A stretch of 64,000 nucleotides of DNA from the human T2T-CHM13v2.0 reference genome, Homo sapiens. The stretch lies in NCBI RefSeq assembly GCF_009914755.1, contig NC_060931.1; one strand, 5' to 3'. The position numbers and the translations under genes are program-made. Each line of letters starts with the position of its first letter. The stretch's first letter is position 1. The notes under the pieces were generated by a model. It ran no database searches. It was not told the origin of the DNA and was given only the letters and a program-made list of their open reading frames with translations. Of the stretch, positions 49,380 through 63,419 are shown piece by piece.

Positions 49380-49530
49380 TTTTTTTTTTTTTTTTTGTCT
49401 TAAGGAGTGAAAGGTTAATAGCCAAGAAAGAAAGAAGGAAGAAGAAAACAGCTCCCCGTACAGAGACAGAGGAAGGGGGGATTTGAACAAAGAAAAAACC
49501 CCGTGTGCGTCGGAAAAGTGGCTGCTTATA
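49380..49530 (-). mobile_element. Poly(A)-tailed retrocopy of an ERV1-type LTR R region
   Basis: On -: TATAAGCAGCC...ctctgtctctgtacggggagctgttttcttc...ctattaacctttcactccttaagac followed by A17; TSD tatcc(t/c)aaatct at 49368-49379 and 49533-49544. Confidence 0.65.
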
Positions 49531-49546
49531 CGTATCCCAAATCTAA

Positions 49547-49847
<301 letters not shown>

Positions 49848-50049
49848 AATCTAAAGGAAGTTTTAAAAGGTTACTTCCTTTTGATTTCTGTTAAGAAAAG
49901 GGAGTGTTTATGTGTTTGTTTCCAAATATTATTTCTCAGCTGAAAATCCATTTTTTAAAACACTACCTTAAAAGTTCTTCTACCACTCCTGTGGAAATAT
50001 ATGAGCCCATCTTCAAGAAATAACAGTTTGAAATGTGAAAACTTAAGCT

Positions 50050-52045
50050 TTCCTTTAAGAAAGAGGAATATGAACTAGAACGGCAATGAGGCTTCTGTGT
50101 TGTTGTTGTTTATTTTTTGACTAGCCTTGATTAAAAAGGGAACAATTGTGTACTTCTGGTTAGCCTGGGGAAAGTTACAGCAGCCTAAATTCAAATCTCT
50201 GCATATATCAACCAACAAGTAGAGCAATACAACCACATACATGGCAAAAAAACTTCAAATTACCTATGAATCGAAAAGGAGGCAACGAATCTATAGAGTT
50301 ATACCTCAAGTCCCTGACCTAAGCCTTTGCAGAGAATGAGGGGAGACCCATAGAAGGATAAAGAAGAAAAGGAAAGACAGGGGTCAAAATTGGAAATAAA
50401 ATAACCCAAGAAAGAGAAAAGTCCATCCTATGTGTAAAAAGAGCTCTGGGAGATTGGTAAATGGGAGTACAGAGCAGGGCCTAAGAGTGAGTAGGGACAA
50501 AAACACTGATGTTAGAAAGGCATCATTTCTGGAAAGAAAGGAGGATAAAAAGGGGAGTGCAAGAAGGAAAAAGTATCCAGCAGGAAAAATGAGAACCCAA
50601 ACCAAAAGACTATCCATCACTACTGCCATCATGCACAAAAAAAGAAAAAAGTTATTCATTGAAAAAAATCACACTATGCTACATTTTCAGAAGAGGTTTG
50701 CACTTGGACTAGAAAACACAAAATAATTAATAGATGAAAAAATGCCTATATAAATATCCAAAGCTTCTTTAAAAAGATAACAAACATGAAAGTCAAATAT
50801 TTCAGCTAATGAAATCCACACCACTGAACGATAAAATCTCACAAAACAGAAGAAAATTATGCAGAATTAAAAGTTGAACTAAATATCCTCAAACGAGCAT
50901 TCAGAAATATTAAAAAAGCAATTTAAACAAGAAATTCAAAAACCAAGAACAGAAATGGGGAAAAAAGCAGAAAGAAAGAAATAGTTTATTAGACATAGAA
51001 AGGGAATGGAAGAAAAGGAGAATACTATCAAAAAAAAAAAATAAAAACTGAATCACAAGATGATAAAAAGAAAAATTCAAATAATGAAGGAATTGAAGTA
51101 AAGGCACTAAAACAATGATGAAGAATGAAAATGATACCAGAGAAAGAAGTGAGAAGTACCAGAGAAAGAAGTGAGAAGTATCAGAGAAAGTGGTAGAAAT
51201 AGAAGAAAGGCACATAATTATAACTGGAGTGCCTGAAAAAGAAAACCACAGCAATGAATCAAAACTAGTGTTTAAATTATAATCCAAGAAAACTTTCCAG
51301 AAATAAAAGAAGACCTGAATCGGCATTTGGAAAGGATCCAGGGGGTACTGGAAAAAATTAATCTGGTATGGTAAACTAACTCAAGACATCTTTCAGTAGA
51401 ACTATGAAAAATGAAGAAAAATTCCTCAGAACCTCCAGGCACAAAAGTCACATAATTTATAAGGGACAGAAGAATTTGGCTAGCATCAGACTTGTTAAAA
51501 GAAACATACAAACCAAAGCAGTGGTGTAGATGCATTTTTAAGAAACTTTAAAAATTGAGAACCAAGGATTTTATATCTGGCCAATCTGTCATTCAAGTAC
51601 AGACGTTATTTTAAAAAGTTTCAAATATGCAACAATTGAGGAAATAACAGTAACTTTCCTAAATTCAAAAAGTTTAAAATAAAGGAGAATCATATACAGA
51701 AACAAAGCAAATATAGTCAAATACACATAAAACTTACAACAAAGGTTTTCACATTATCTCACAAAGCAAAGACAGACTCCATTTATGCTACACAGGGAAG
51801 ACAAACAAAAACAGATTCAGAAAGGTGAAAAATAGAATGATGGCAGCAGCATGGCAGGCAAATGCCATTTCCATATGGAAACTAAGGAAGACATTTAAAG
51901 CAAGGATAAGAAGCAAATTCATGGCCTCAAAAGCTTTAGCAATAAAAATGAAAGAGTGAAAATAAATGAATTAAATCCTTGACTTAAAAATCTAAATAAA
52001 GAATAACAAAATAAAGCAAAAAAAGTACATGAAAGGAAATACTCA
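50050..52045 (+). mobile_element. Degraded old L1M/HAL1-like 5'/ORF1 region, including a 22-bp tandem repeat at ~51137-51190
   Basis: ORF1-like text (ataactggagtgcctgaa, aggattttatatctggccaa); boundaries approximate. Confidence 0.55.
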
Positions 52046-52157
52046 TGAGAAGAATAGTCTATTATATCTACCCCTCTGTGTATCTATTTTGCTGTTTTAT
52101 ATTTCTTCCCTACATTCTAGGATTCCTTCTTGCATCTCCTTTTTGTTTCCAGAACTT

Positions 52158-52804
52158 TTTAAATTTTAAGTTCTGGGTACATGTGCAGGATATGCATGTT
52201 TGTTACATAGGTAAACGTGTGCCATGGTGGTTTGCTGCACCTATCAACCCATTACTTAGGTATTAAGCCCAGCATTCATTAGCTATTTTTCCTGATGCTC
52301 TCCCTTCCCCTACCCTCCCCTGACAAGCCCCAGTATGTGTTGTTCCCCTCCCTGTGTCCATGTGTTCTCACTGTTCAGCTCCCACTTATAAGTGAGAACA
52401 TGCAGTGTTTGGTTTTCTGTTCCTACATTAGTTTGCTGAGAATAATGGCTTCCAGCTCCATCCATGTACCTGCCAAGGTACATGATCTCATTTCTTTTTA
52501 TGACTGCATAATATTCCATGGTATATATGTATCACATTTTCTTTATCCAGTCTATCATTCATGGACATTTGGGTTGATTCCATGCTATCAAAAAAGAGTT
52601 TATACAGCCAAGACAATCCTAAGCAAAAAGAACAAAGCTGGAGGCCTCAGGATACCTCACTTCAAACTATATTACAAGGCTACAATAACCAAAACAGCAT
52701 GGTACTGGTACAAAAACAGGCACATAGACCAATGGAAGAGAATAGAAAACTCAGAAATAAAACCACGTATCTACAACCATCTGGTCTTCCACAAACCTTA
52801 CAAA
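52158..52804 (-). mobile_element. 5'-inverted (twin-primed) L1PA insertion inside an old minus-strand L1M (~52045-54240)
   Basis: L1 3' end on - (52158-~52588) joined to an ORF2 segment on + (~52589-52804); agaactt at both flanks. Confidence 0.8.
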
Positions 52805-55800
52805 AGAACTTCAGTTAACCATTCTTTAAGGTTCTCTGCTAGCCACAAATTATCTTAATTTTCATTGATTAGAGAATGTCTATTTCCCCTTCATTCCTAA
52901 AGGAAACATCCACTGGATATGTAATTCATCTTGACAAATGTTCTGCCCCAACCTTCTGGCTTCCTTACTTTCACCTGAGAAGTCTGCTACAATTCAACTC
53001 AATTTTGCCCTGTAGGTGATGTGTCATTTCTCCATACCTGCTTTCAAGATTTTTTTCTTTTCATTTTAAAAGTTAACTTATAATGTATCTTGGCATGGAT
53101 TTCTCTGGGTTTGTCTTACTTGGGAATCGCTCAGTATCTTCACTCTGCAGGTGTGTCTTTCACCACATTTGGGGAGTTTTAGCAATTATTTCTTAAAATG
53201 CTATTCAGCCCCACTCTCTTTTTCCATTCCTTCTGAAATTTTGATGATACAAATATTAGATCTTTTGTTACTACACCATAGGTCCCAGAGGCTCTGTCCT
53301 TTTTCCTGTGATTTTCTCTCAATTTAGATTGGGAGATTTCTATTGTTCTGTCTTCAAGAGCACTGATTGCTTCCTCTGTAATATTCACTCTGCTACCAAG
53401 TCCATTTATTAAATTTTAATTTCAGTTATTGTATTTTTCAGTTCTATAATCACCAAGTTGTTCTTTAAAAAAAAAATTCTGTGGTGAGATTTTATAGCCT
53501 TTTCATTTGCTTCCAGAGTATTTAAAACTGCTCCTTGAAGTGTTTTTATGATGACTGCTTTAAAACCCTTGTCACATAATCCCCACATCCTATTCATCTC
53601 AGTGTTGACATCTGTTGACTGTCTTTTCTCATTCAAGTTGTTATTTTCTCCATTCTTGCTATGATGAGTGGTTTTTCTACTGTGTCCAGTACATTTTTTA
53701 TGTTAGAGACTGTGGATCCTATTTTAAATTTCTATTTCAGCAGACAGTCACTTTGTTTTTAGGTTTATCATGCAAGTCCTGGCCTACTTCTGTTTGCTAT
53801 AGTTACAATGACAGTTTAGTTTTCAGAGCCTTTGCAGTACCAGTGCTATTCTGGTCAGCTTGATTCATCTGGTGCCCTGGTGCTCCGTCTCAGCCTCAAA
53901 TCATGCTACCAATGTAGGAAGAATGTACTTCCCATGTCCTGTTGCCATGAGGTGGAGGTTGAGAGACACCAGGATTGTGGGCTAGGAGGTCGGTAAAGAG
54001 CAGAGGGCTCTTTCCTGGGCTGCCTAGTCCTAGCAGGGCATCTGTTAGATCCCTGCTGCTGCTACCTGCATGGGCAGCCTTCTTGGAGGGAATAGTAGAT
54101 ACCAGACCCACAGCATGGAGAGCATTTCCCTGGACCCTCTTTCTGAGTGTCTTCTGCCACTGGATGGAGTTTCAGGAGATGGCAGCCTGTAGTGTTTTTC
54201 TGTGAGTTCTGAGGTACCTAACTAGTCTGCCTTTCTATAGCATTAGGCTGGGATTGGAGCTATAATTATGAAATAATTATTTCATACACACACACACGTG
54301 TGCACATACGTGCAGTGAAAGGGCCTAGAAACAAGGACACACTGGTAGTAATGAGTGCACATACCACTCAGGTCTTGGTTTCCAAATACCATTCTCCTCT
54401 AAAAGGAACCAGGGCTCCTTGGAAAAATGGCTGATTCCAAGGCTAGCACGAGGAAAATCAAGAAAAGCCTGGAGCATTATAAATTTATAAAGACATGTCA
54501 AAAAGACATCCAGCTTAGGAACATTCAAAATGGCTAGGCCTGGAACTGATATTTGTGTATAACATCTGGTTTTTTTCATATAGATAGACTATTCCAGCAT
54601 CATTTAGTGAAAAGTGACCTGCAAGACAATCTTGCTGAAATTGCTTTGAATCTGAACATCAACTGGGGAGAACTGAATTACATGAACCTTCATACATATA
54701 AATGTGTTTTATTTTTCTATTTATATCTTAGAAATTTTAAAATAAATTTCCCCATACAAATACTGTATGTATTTTGTTAGATTCATTCAGATCCTATGCA
54801 TTTTTCTTCCTAATACATAAGGCATATTTTAAAAAAATATGTTTTCTGTGTGTTGCCAAAGAATAGAAATGCAATTGATTTTTTAATATTAAACTTATAT
54901 CTAGCCATGGTATTGAATTCTTCTAATTTCTAATAATTTGTCAATTATTTTATTCTTTCTAGGTAAATATAATACTATAATAAATTTTGCTTCTTTCTGT
55001 TTCTTTCCTTTTCCTGTTATTTACTTTTCTTGCATTACTAGGCTAGTTTGGACCTTTAATAAAATGTGAAAAAGCACATTTATCTTTATATTGATTTTAA
55101 ACAGAACACTCTAAATACCTTATTATCGGTAAGACTAATGACTGCTGAAGAATTTTACTGGGTTGAGAAAACTGTTATTTCTATCGTGTTACATGTTTTC
55201 ATTATAAATGGGTGTTCAATTTTATCAATTTTATTTTCTGCATCTAATGGGATGATCATAAGATTTTTTCTCTTTTAATCTGTTAGTGTGATAACTTACA
55301 TTTTTGGATTTTCCAGAAACGTCTTTGGATTCCTAGAATAAGCCAGATTTATCACAAGTGGATTATCTTTATCACATATATGGCTGTTCTTGAGTTACTA
55401 ATCTTTTACACTTTTGTGTGTAAGGAATGTTTTTAATCTAGGTGAAATTTTGAATCTATGCTCACAAGTAAGAATATCCTTTCTCATACTATCCTTATCT
55501 GGCCTTAGTACTGAGCTTCAGATTATCTTGGAGGTTCCATTTCCCTTCTTGTAATGATTCTCATGCCTCATGATGCACACAAAGTTCCCCTTTGTAAATT
55601 TTGTAAATTTCAGCATGAGCTCAATTCAATAATTACTTTGTTACCAAAAACTGGAGTCTCCCATTAAATAGTGAATTTGCTTCTATTGACGTTAAACTCT
55701 AAAATGAATCACTTAGATCTAAAAATACCTTGTTCAGGTTGTGTGTAATAAATACTTATTTTTGCCAAAGATATACAGAGCTAAAAACAGAAAATAATAC

Positions 55801-56437
55801 CTAGGGGGCTTAAAAAACATGTAAGCTGAACATTTGGTTAAATCTCAACTTTTCCCTCCTTAGATTTTTTGTTTCTTTGATATTCTTGATTTTAAAACTT
55901 AGTCAATTCATGTTCTTTCCAGTCTACTACTGAAAATGTTGTTGAAAATGAAGACAGTTAATTTTCCTTTGAGTGCAGCCTTGGCAGAATTTTTTTTGAT
56001 GTTTATGGACACTCTTCTATTTATTGTCATTTTTCAATAGTTTGCAACTGAAATTCTGACCTCCTTTTGAGTTATTAAATTGCTCAATTTTTCTGAAGTG
56101 AAAGAATTATATATTACAAGTGTAATGTCAATATGTGAATTTCTACAAAGCTTGCCTGCCTAAGGACAGGTGGCCTGGGTAAAGAGTCAAATTGGTAGAA
56201 CCAACAAAGAATAATAAAAAGACAAAAAAAGCATCATGCCATTCATTCAACAACTTAGTGGACAAATCTTTCTATATTTTCACCATAAAGGATGGGAGAA
56301 TGCCTCCAACAAGAAGAAAATAGCAACTCCTTCCATTTTGTTCTCTTGTATTGTGGGTAGGAACCTATCTCCTCAACTTGTAACATTTCCAGACTTATCC
56401 TTTCAATATATAACATGTAAACATACAGTTCATTTCT

Positions 56438-56700
56438 TCTGTCACCCAGGGTGGAGTGCAATGGGGTAATCATGGCTCACTGTAACCTTCCAGGGCTCAA
56501 GCGATCCTCCCACCTCAGCCTCCTGAGTAGTTGGGATCACAGGCTCATGCCACCATGCCCAACTAGTTTTTCTATTTTTTGTAGAGACGGGGTTTTGCCA
56601 TGTTGCCCAGGCTGGTCTCAAACTCCTGGGCTGAAGCTCTCTGTCCACGTTGGCCTCCCAAAGTGCTGTGATTATAGGCGTGAGCCAGTGTGTGTGGCCC
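56438..56700 (-). mobile_element. AluJ-like, lacking its A tail
   Basis: ctcaagcgatcctcccacctcagcc, tttttgtagagacggggttttgccatgttgcccagg. Confidence 0.9.
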
Positions 56701-57383
56701 AGGGTTTATTTTTTAATAGAAGAACATCACAGACCAGAGAAAAAGAATATTGTCTGTCTCATATTAAGAGAATTTAGGAGTTCCACTACCTGCCTAATAA
56801 CTTATTTTACTAGGAAACCATGGAGGTAATATGGGCCATCCATCTGCATATTTGGGAAGAAGCCAAACAAAAATTAGGTAGTGGCTGAGTTCAAATTAGA
56901 AGGGGCTGGGAGACCATAAGGAAAATGTTAAAAGGACAAAAGTAATGGAGTCTGAAGTTGGAAGCAGAAGGAAAGAGAGACAGATGATGGACAGATGCAG
57001 AGGAAAGAAAAGGAGAAAGCTGGCAAGAAACTACAAACTTGAGTTATGTTGAAGGGAAGGTTAATTGAAGCTAAAGAGAGAAACTCAAGACAAACAAATT
57101 TTAAAAAGCAAGGCTGTATGGATATAGCAGAATGAAACATAAAGGAAGAGTGGCCTGAAAGTTAGTTGTGAAATATGTGAGCTAACTTCCTGAAAATGAT
57201 TTCTAGTCCTTGCTAAGGACTATTTCTTTACATATCTATCTGCCTTAGATAGTAACTATTTTTAAGACAGTAGCTATTTATTAACTATAAATCATTAGCA
57301 TTTTAAAGCATATTAACTGTGTTCAGTTTACAGAAATAAAAAGTAGAATTTAAATAAACTGCATTAAAAACATTGAATCTTAC

Positions 57384-57443
57384 CCAAAAGTTGAGTTTAG
57401 ATACTCCCAGTTTTTGAATTTCATTTCTCTTTAGAATTATTGC
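57384..57443 (-). pseudogene. DPY19L2P1: DPY19L2-like exon 12 (60 nt) AIILKRNEIQKLGVSKLNFW
   Basis: tag|GCA...TGG|gtaaga; phase 0/0. Confidence 0.92.
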
Positions 57444-58105
57444 CTAAAATGCACATAAGGGAAAATGAAACAATTCAATACAATTAACATTTATATTTTG
57501 TATAAATGGTACATTTCAAAAATTATATAGCCACCCTGTTCCATCTCAGCTATCACCAGCCATTTTCCTCCTTAACTGTTGATTTTTCAAATTTTTGACA
57601 AATTTTGGCAAATTCCCTTGAGGTGAAAGTTAAATGGTTTGTGTGTCAAAAAGTTGCCTCGTTATTTCCTCACTTAAATACCCTGTCCATTTTCTGCAGG
57701 ATAATTCCTCTACAAAGATAAATGGTATGTGAGCAGATGAGAGCATCCATGCAAGTCTGTATGTCAGTTATCCAGCAACGTTCGTGAACTAAACTAACAT
57801 GAAAATCCTTCCTCTCCAAATTGCCGAATAAAATATTTAAACATGTTTAAAAAATGTATACTCATGTGAAAGAGAAAGAACTTCTCCGATGCTAGAAAAA
57901 AGATTATTTTTAAAAAAATACAGTATTAATCAGCAGAGAACTACCACCCCTGGCAGTCTTTATAAAGGCCTGTAGAATAAGGTTCCAACTATAGCCTTGT
58001 ATTGTAAGGGGGAGGGCAGCAGAAGAGGCCTTGGGTCTATGCAAGGTAAGAAGTTGGAATTGAGACTAATACATAAAGCTAGGGTCCTCAAAACTATACC
58101 TGCAG

Positions 58106-58470
58106 TGCTATGCACTGAGTATTTGTGTCCACCTCAAATTCAGACTGAATCTTTAATCCCCAGTGTGATAGTGTTTGGAGGGTGGGCCTCTGGGAAGTAA
58201 TTGAGTCATGAGGGTGAAACCCTCATGAATGGGATTAGTGTGCCTGTATTACAAGAGACTAGAGAGTTGATGTCTCTCTCTACCATGTGAGGACACAGTA
58301 AGAAGGCTTCTGTCTGCAAACCACAAAAAGGGCTTTCACCAAGAACCAAATCAGCTGGCACCTTGATTTTTGAACTGCTCAGCCTCCAGAACTGTGAGAA
58401 ATAAATTCCTGTTGTTTAAGCCACCCTGTCTGTGGTACTTTTGTTATAACAGCCCAAACTGACTAAGACA
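58106..58470 (+). mobile_element. MaLR solo LTR (MLT1A-like)
   Basis: tgctatg...ccagaactgtgagaaataaattcctgttgtttaagccacc...gactaagaca. Confidence 0.85.
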
Positions 58471-59072
58471 CACAGTGACTAAGAATACTTCACCTACCAT
58501 CTCTACAAGTTGATAGGTTATTTGTTTATTCCCAAGTTTGGGGTGAAAACAGTGCTCTCATGAGAAACTGAATTCTCGGACTTGGGTATTATTTAGACTT
58601 GGACTCCAATTTTCTATCATTTAGTTGGTGCAGAAATTCCCAAAGTTAGCCAGGATTACTAAACTTCCAATAGGAAAATATAAACGTATCAGATTATTCA
58701 TTGCAACATTGTTTGTAAATGCAAAAGTTAGGCAACAACCTAAATGCCCAGACATAGGAGAGTGACTGAATTACAGTAAATCCAAAGCAGAACACTAGGA
58801 AACTACCAGAAAGAATGAGGAAAATCTCTATGAACTGATATCCAGGATAGGTTGTTAAATGAAAAAAAAAAAAAGTCAAAAGACTATCTTTAATATAAGA
58901 AGAGGAGATATAAAAAATATACATGTAACAGTTATTAGTACTTTAAAAAGCCAACTAAATGGGTCAACCAGAAAACTAATGAGATTTCTTACCTACAGGG
59001 AATAGACAGTAACAGGGTGAAAAGAAAGGTGGAGAGAATGTGCTGGAAGGAATAGTGGGAAGTATTTTCTGA

Positions 59073-59082
<10 letters not shown>

Positions 59083-59126
<44 letters not shown>
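59083..59126 (+). repeat. (TA)n microsatellite, ~22 units
   Basis: Directly visible. Confidence 0.95.
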
Positions 59127-59128
<2 letters not shown>

Positions 59129-59269
59129 TCCTCATTGAAACATGGTAATGTTTCACCCAAAGTAACTAAAATCAATCAGAATGAAACTTCTGCTTCTGTC
59201 CAAGTTTGTATAACAGGAACCACATTTACTTTCTTACCCTAAAAAACTAAAATACCAAGCAAAATAGAT

Positions 59270-59638
59270 TATAGAGACAACTATGAACAATTATATGCCA
59301 ACAAATTAGATAACTTATAAGAAATAAATTTCTAGAAACATACAACCTACCAAGAGTAAATTATGAAAACACAAAAAAAACTCAACAGATCTATAATAAG
59401 GAGATTAAATCAGTAATAAAAAATTTCTCAACAAAGGAAAACCTCGAACCAGATGGCTTCACTGGAGAATTCTATGAAACATTTAAATAAGAATTCACAC
59501 CAATCCTTCTCAAGCTCTTCCAAAAAACTGAAGAGAACACTTCTACACACATTTTGTGAGGCCAGCATTACTCTGATACCAAATCCAGAAAAAGATACTA
59601 CAAGAAAACTACAGGCCAGTATCTCTGATGAATATAGC

Positions 59639-59676
<38 letters not shown>

Positions 59677-62320
59677 TATTTCTTTTAAAAATGAGCAAAG
59701 GACTTGAATAAACAGTTCCCCAAAGAATAAATACAAATGTCCAACAGGTATTTAAAATGATGTTCAACATCACTTATCATCAGGGAAATGTAAATCAAAA
59801 CCACAATGAGATACCACCTCAAACCTGTTAGGATGGTCATTATAAAACAAAACAAACCAAAACTAAACCAGAAGTAACAAGTCTTGGCAAAAATGTAGAA
59901 AAATTGGAATGCTTATGCACTGTTGGTGGGAATATAAAATAGTGCAGCCAAAGGGCACATCAGGTAGTCTACACAGAAGAGTTTGCTTCAGAGAGCAGCA
60001 ATATTAGCCATAAACTAACCAGTACTTTAATTCCAGCTAACAAATCTTAAAAGCAAGACCTGAAAAGATCAGCCTATGTTCAAGTGGCTTAACTGCATCA
60101 CAGAAAAAAGCTCACGAATATCTATAGGAATAAGAAAATAATCCAGCAGCTAACAAGGTAAAAGTCACAAAGCCTGGCATCAAAGTAAACATTGCCAAGC
60201 ATGCAAACACTTAAGAAAACACAACCCTGATATGAGAAGAAGAAACAATTAATTGAAACTGACACAGATGACAGAATTAGCAGGTGGAGGCACTGAGGCA
60301 GTTAGTATAATTGTATTACACATGGTGAAGAAGTGGTAACAGAGAAAGAACATGTTAACTAGACACACAAAAATACTTCAAAGATCCAAAATGAACTTTT
60401 AGTATGAAAACTGCAATGACTTAAAAGAGAAATACACTGGATGTGATTAACAACAGGTTAGATACTGCAGAAAAACAACTAGTGAACTCTTGAAGACACA
60501 GCAATAGTAACTATCCAAAATTAAATAAAGAACAAAAATAAACATAGGCTCCATGAACCACTGAACAATTTCAAGCAGCCCAATATGCATGTAATGAGAG
60601 TCCCTTAATGAAAGTGAGGTGGGGAGGCAGAAAAATATTTGAAGAAATAATGGCCAAAATTTTTCCAAATTTGATAAAAATTGTAAACCTAAAGATCTAA
60701 GAATTTCAATTAATCCTAAATACAAGAAACATAAAGAAAGCTATAGTAAGGCACATTATATAAACAAACTGCTCAAAATCAGTGGTAAAGAGAAAATCTT
60801 ATCTCTAGCTGGGAATAGCTAGAGAAGTAACATATTATTTACAGACAAAAGTGTAGGGATGTCAACAGATTTCATAAGAAAAAAATGCAAACAACAAGAC
60901 AAGTCAAGCAGCATCTTTTAAATTCTTAAAAAAAAGTGCTGTTAACCTGCAATTCTACACCCAGGAAACATACCTTTCAAAAACGAAGGCAAAATAAAGA
61001 CTTCATGACCAGGTGATTTGCACTAAAGGAAATGTTAAAGGAGGTCTTTCAGACAGCAGGAATACAGTAAGTCAATCTGGCTGTACACAAGTAAAAGGCA
61101 CCGAAAATGGTAACTACAGGGTAAATATATAACATTTTAAAAATTTCAAATACTTTTAAAAGGTAATTTACTGTTTAAATAAAAACAAAAATTTATTGAG
61201 ATTTCTATATCACGTTTAAGTAAAATGTATGACAACATGAAATAAATTTAAAAATGTACTTTATCAAAATATGTGGGATGTTGATAAAGCAGTACTTTGA
61301 GAAAAGTTTATAGCACTAAACACCTGTGTTTAAAAACAAAAAACAAAAAACAAGAAAGGTCTCAAGTCAATGACCTTGCTTTATACCTTTAAAAAAAAAA
61401 AAAGACTAGAAAAAAAGGAGAGCAAAACCCAAAGTAAGCAAAAGAAATGAGGTAATAAAGATTGAGTAGAAATCAATGAAACAGAAAACAAAAACAGTAG
61501 AGCAAATCAATGAAAACAAAAGCTGGTTCCTTGAGAAAATTAATAAAATTGATATACCTCTAACCAGACTGATCAGAAAAAAAAAAATAGAACACAAACA
61601 TCTAATACCAGGAATGAAAGAGGAACTATCACTACAGATACTATAGATACATAAAAGAAATAAAATATTATGCCTTTGTCAATGAATTTGACATCGTAAA
61701 TAAAAAAATTCCTTGAAAGATACAACCAAAGTTCACTCAAGAGGAAATGGATAACACGAATAGCCTTATACCTTATTAATGAAATGGAACTTGTAGTTAA
61801 AAACATTCCTACAAAGAAAGTCCTAGATGGTTTCACTGGTAAATTCTACCAAATATTTAGGGAAGAAATCATAAGGATTTTACACAAATTCTTCAGAAAA
61901 CTGGAGAAGAGGGAACACTTCGTAGCTCATTTTATGAGGCCAGCATTGCCATGATACCAAATAAGACAAAGATGTCACAAGAAAACTATGAACCAATTAT
62001 TGTCATGAACTTAGGTGCAAAATCATAAGTACAATTTTAGGAAGCTGTATCCAACAAAAAATAATAAAACAGCATGACCAAAGTGAGGTCTATTCAAGGA
62101 ATGCAAAGATGCCACAACATCTGAAAATCAACCAATATAATGCAGCACATTAACAAAACAGAAAAGAGAAACTATATGATATCATATCTTCAAAATTCAT
62201 TTTTGAAAAAACTCAGCAAGCTGAACAGAAGGGAACTTCTTTAACCTGATAAAGGGCTTCTCTGAAAAATCCTATAGCTAACGCAGTTACTTAAGGATGA
62301 AAGACTAAACAATTAAGCAA
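59270..62320 (+). mobile_element. Mosaic of old L1M fragments (ORF2 and ORF1 regions) with (CA)n at ~59640-59673
   Basis: FCEASITLIPNPEKDTT-type ORF2 peptides and ORF1-like text; boundaries approximate. Confidence 0.75.
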
Positions 62321-62691
62321 AACTTACATTTCAAAATGAGCCATTTAAAATAAGATATTTAAAAATACTAAAATATGTGAAAGAATGACACAAATCAAAA
62401 TTAGAAAAACTGAGAAATGAGCTGACAGAAATCAAATAATTTGAAATAAAACAAAAATAATTTCAGACATAAAAAACTAGAAGGAATATGAGGAAATGAA
62501 CATAATAATAATGCCTTAAGAGCTATAAAAGGTGAAGAGAAGAAACTTTTAGAAATAAAAAAAGAAATAAGATAAAAAGTATTCAAGAGAAAGCGATACG
62601 TTTATAATGTATCAAAACTTGTAACACTTTTAATAACAACCCTTTTGGACAGAAGTAAAACAAGTACTCAAAGCAAAAAATAAAACAGACA

Positions 62692-63037
<346 letters not shown>

Positions 63038-63419
63038 TTACATAGAGCCAACTTCACTTTCAAGTAAAAGGCGACAAAACAAACTGTGACAAACACATCA
63101 GAATTGAAGGAATTCTCTTGTAGAACAAGACTAAAATAACCAAGATAACTAGGAGATAACGACATAAAGACTGGTGATAAATAAATGCATATTTGTTCAC
63201 ATAAAAACATGAAATAAGATTGATAAGGCAGAAAATACAGTATGCAATACTCTATGTTCTGACAATATAGATACAGAATTAGTAAAAAAAATGGGTGAAG
63301 AGAATGAAAGAAGGATATGCAAAAAATTCTTTATTTCTCATAATCATGTGCGTGGTGCAGTATAGCAATTCTCATGCATACACTTTGGGAGAAGGCAAAT
63401 GGATATATGATATTCTATC

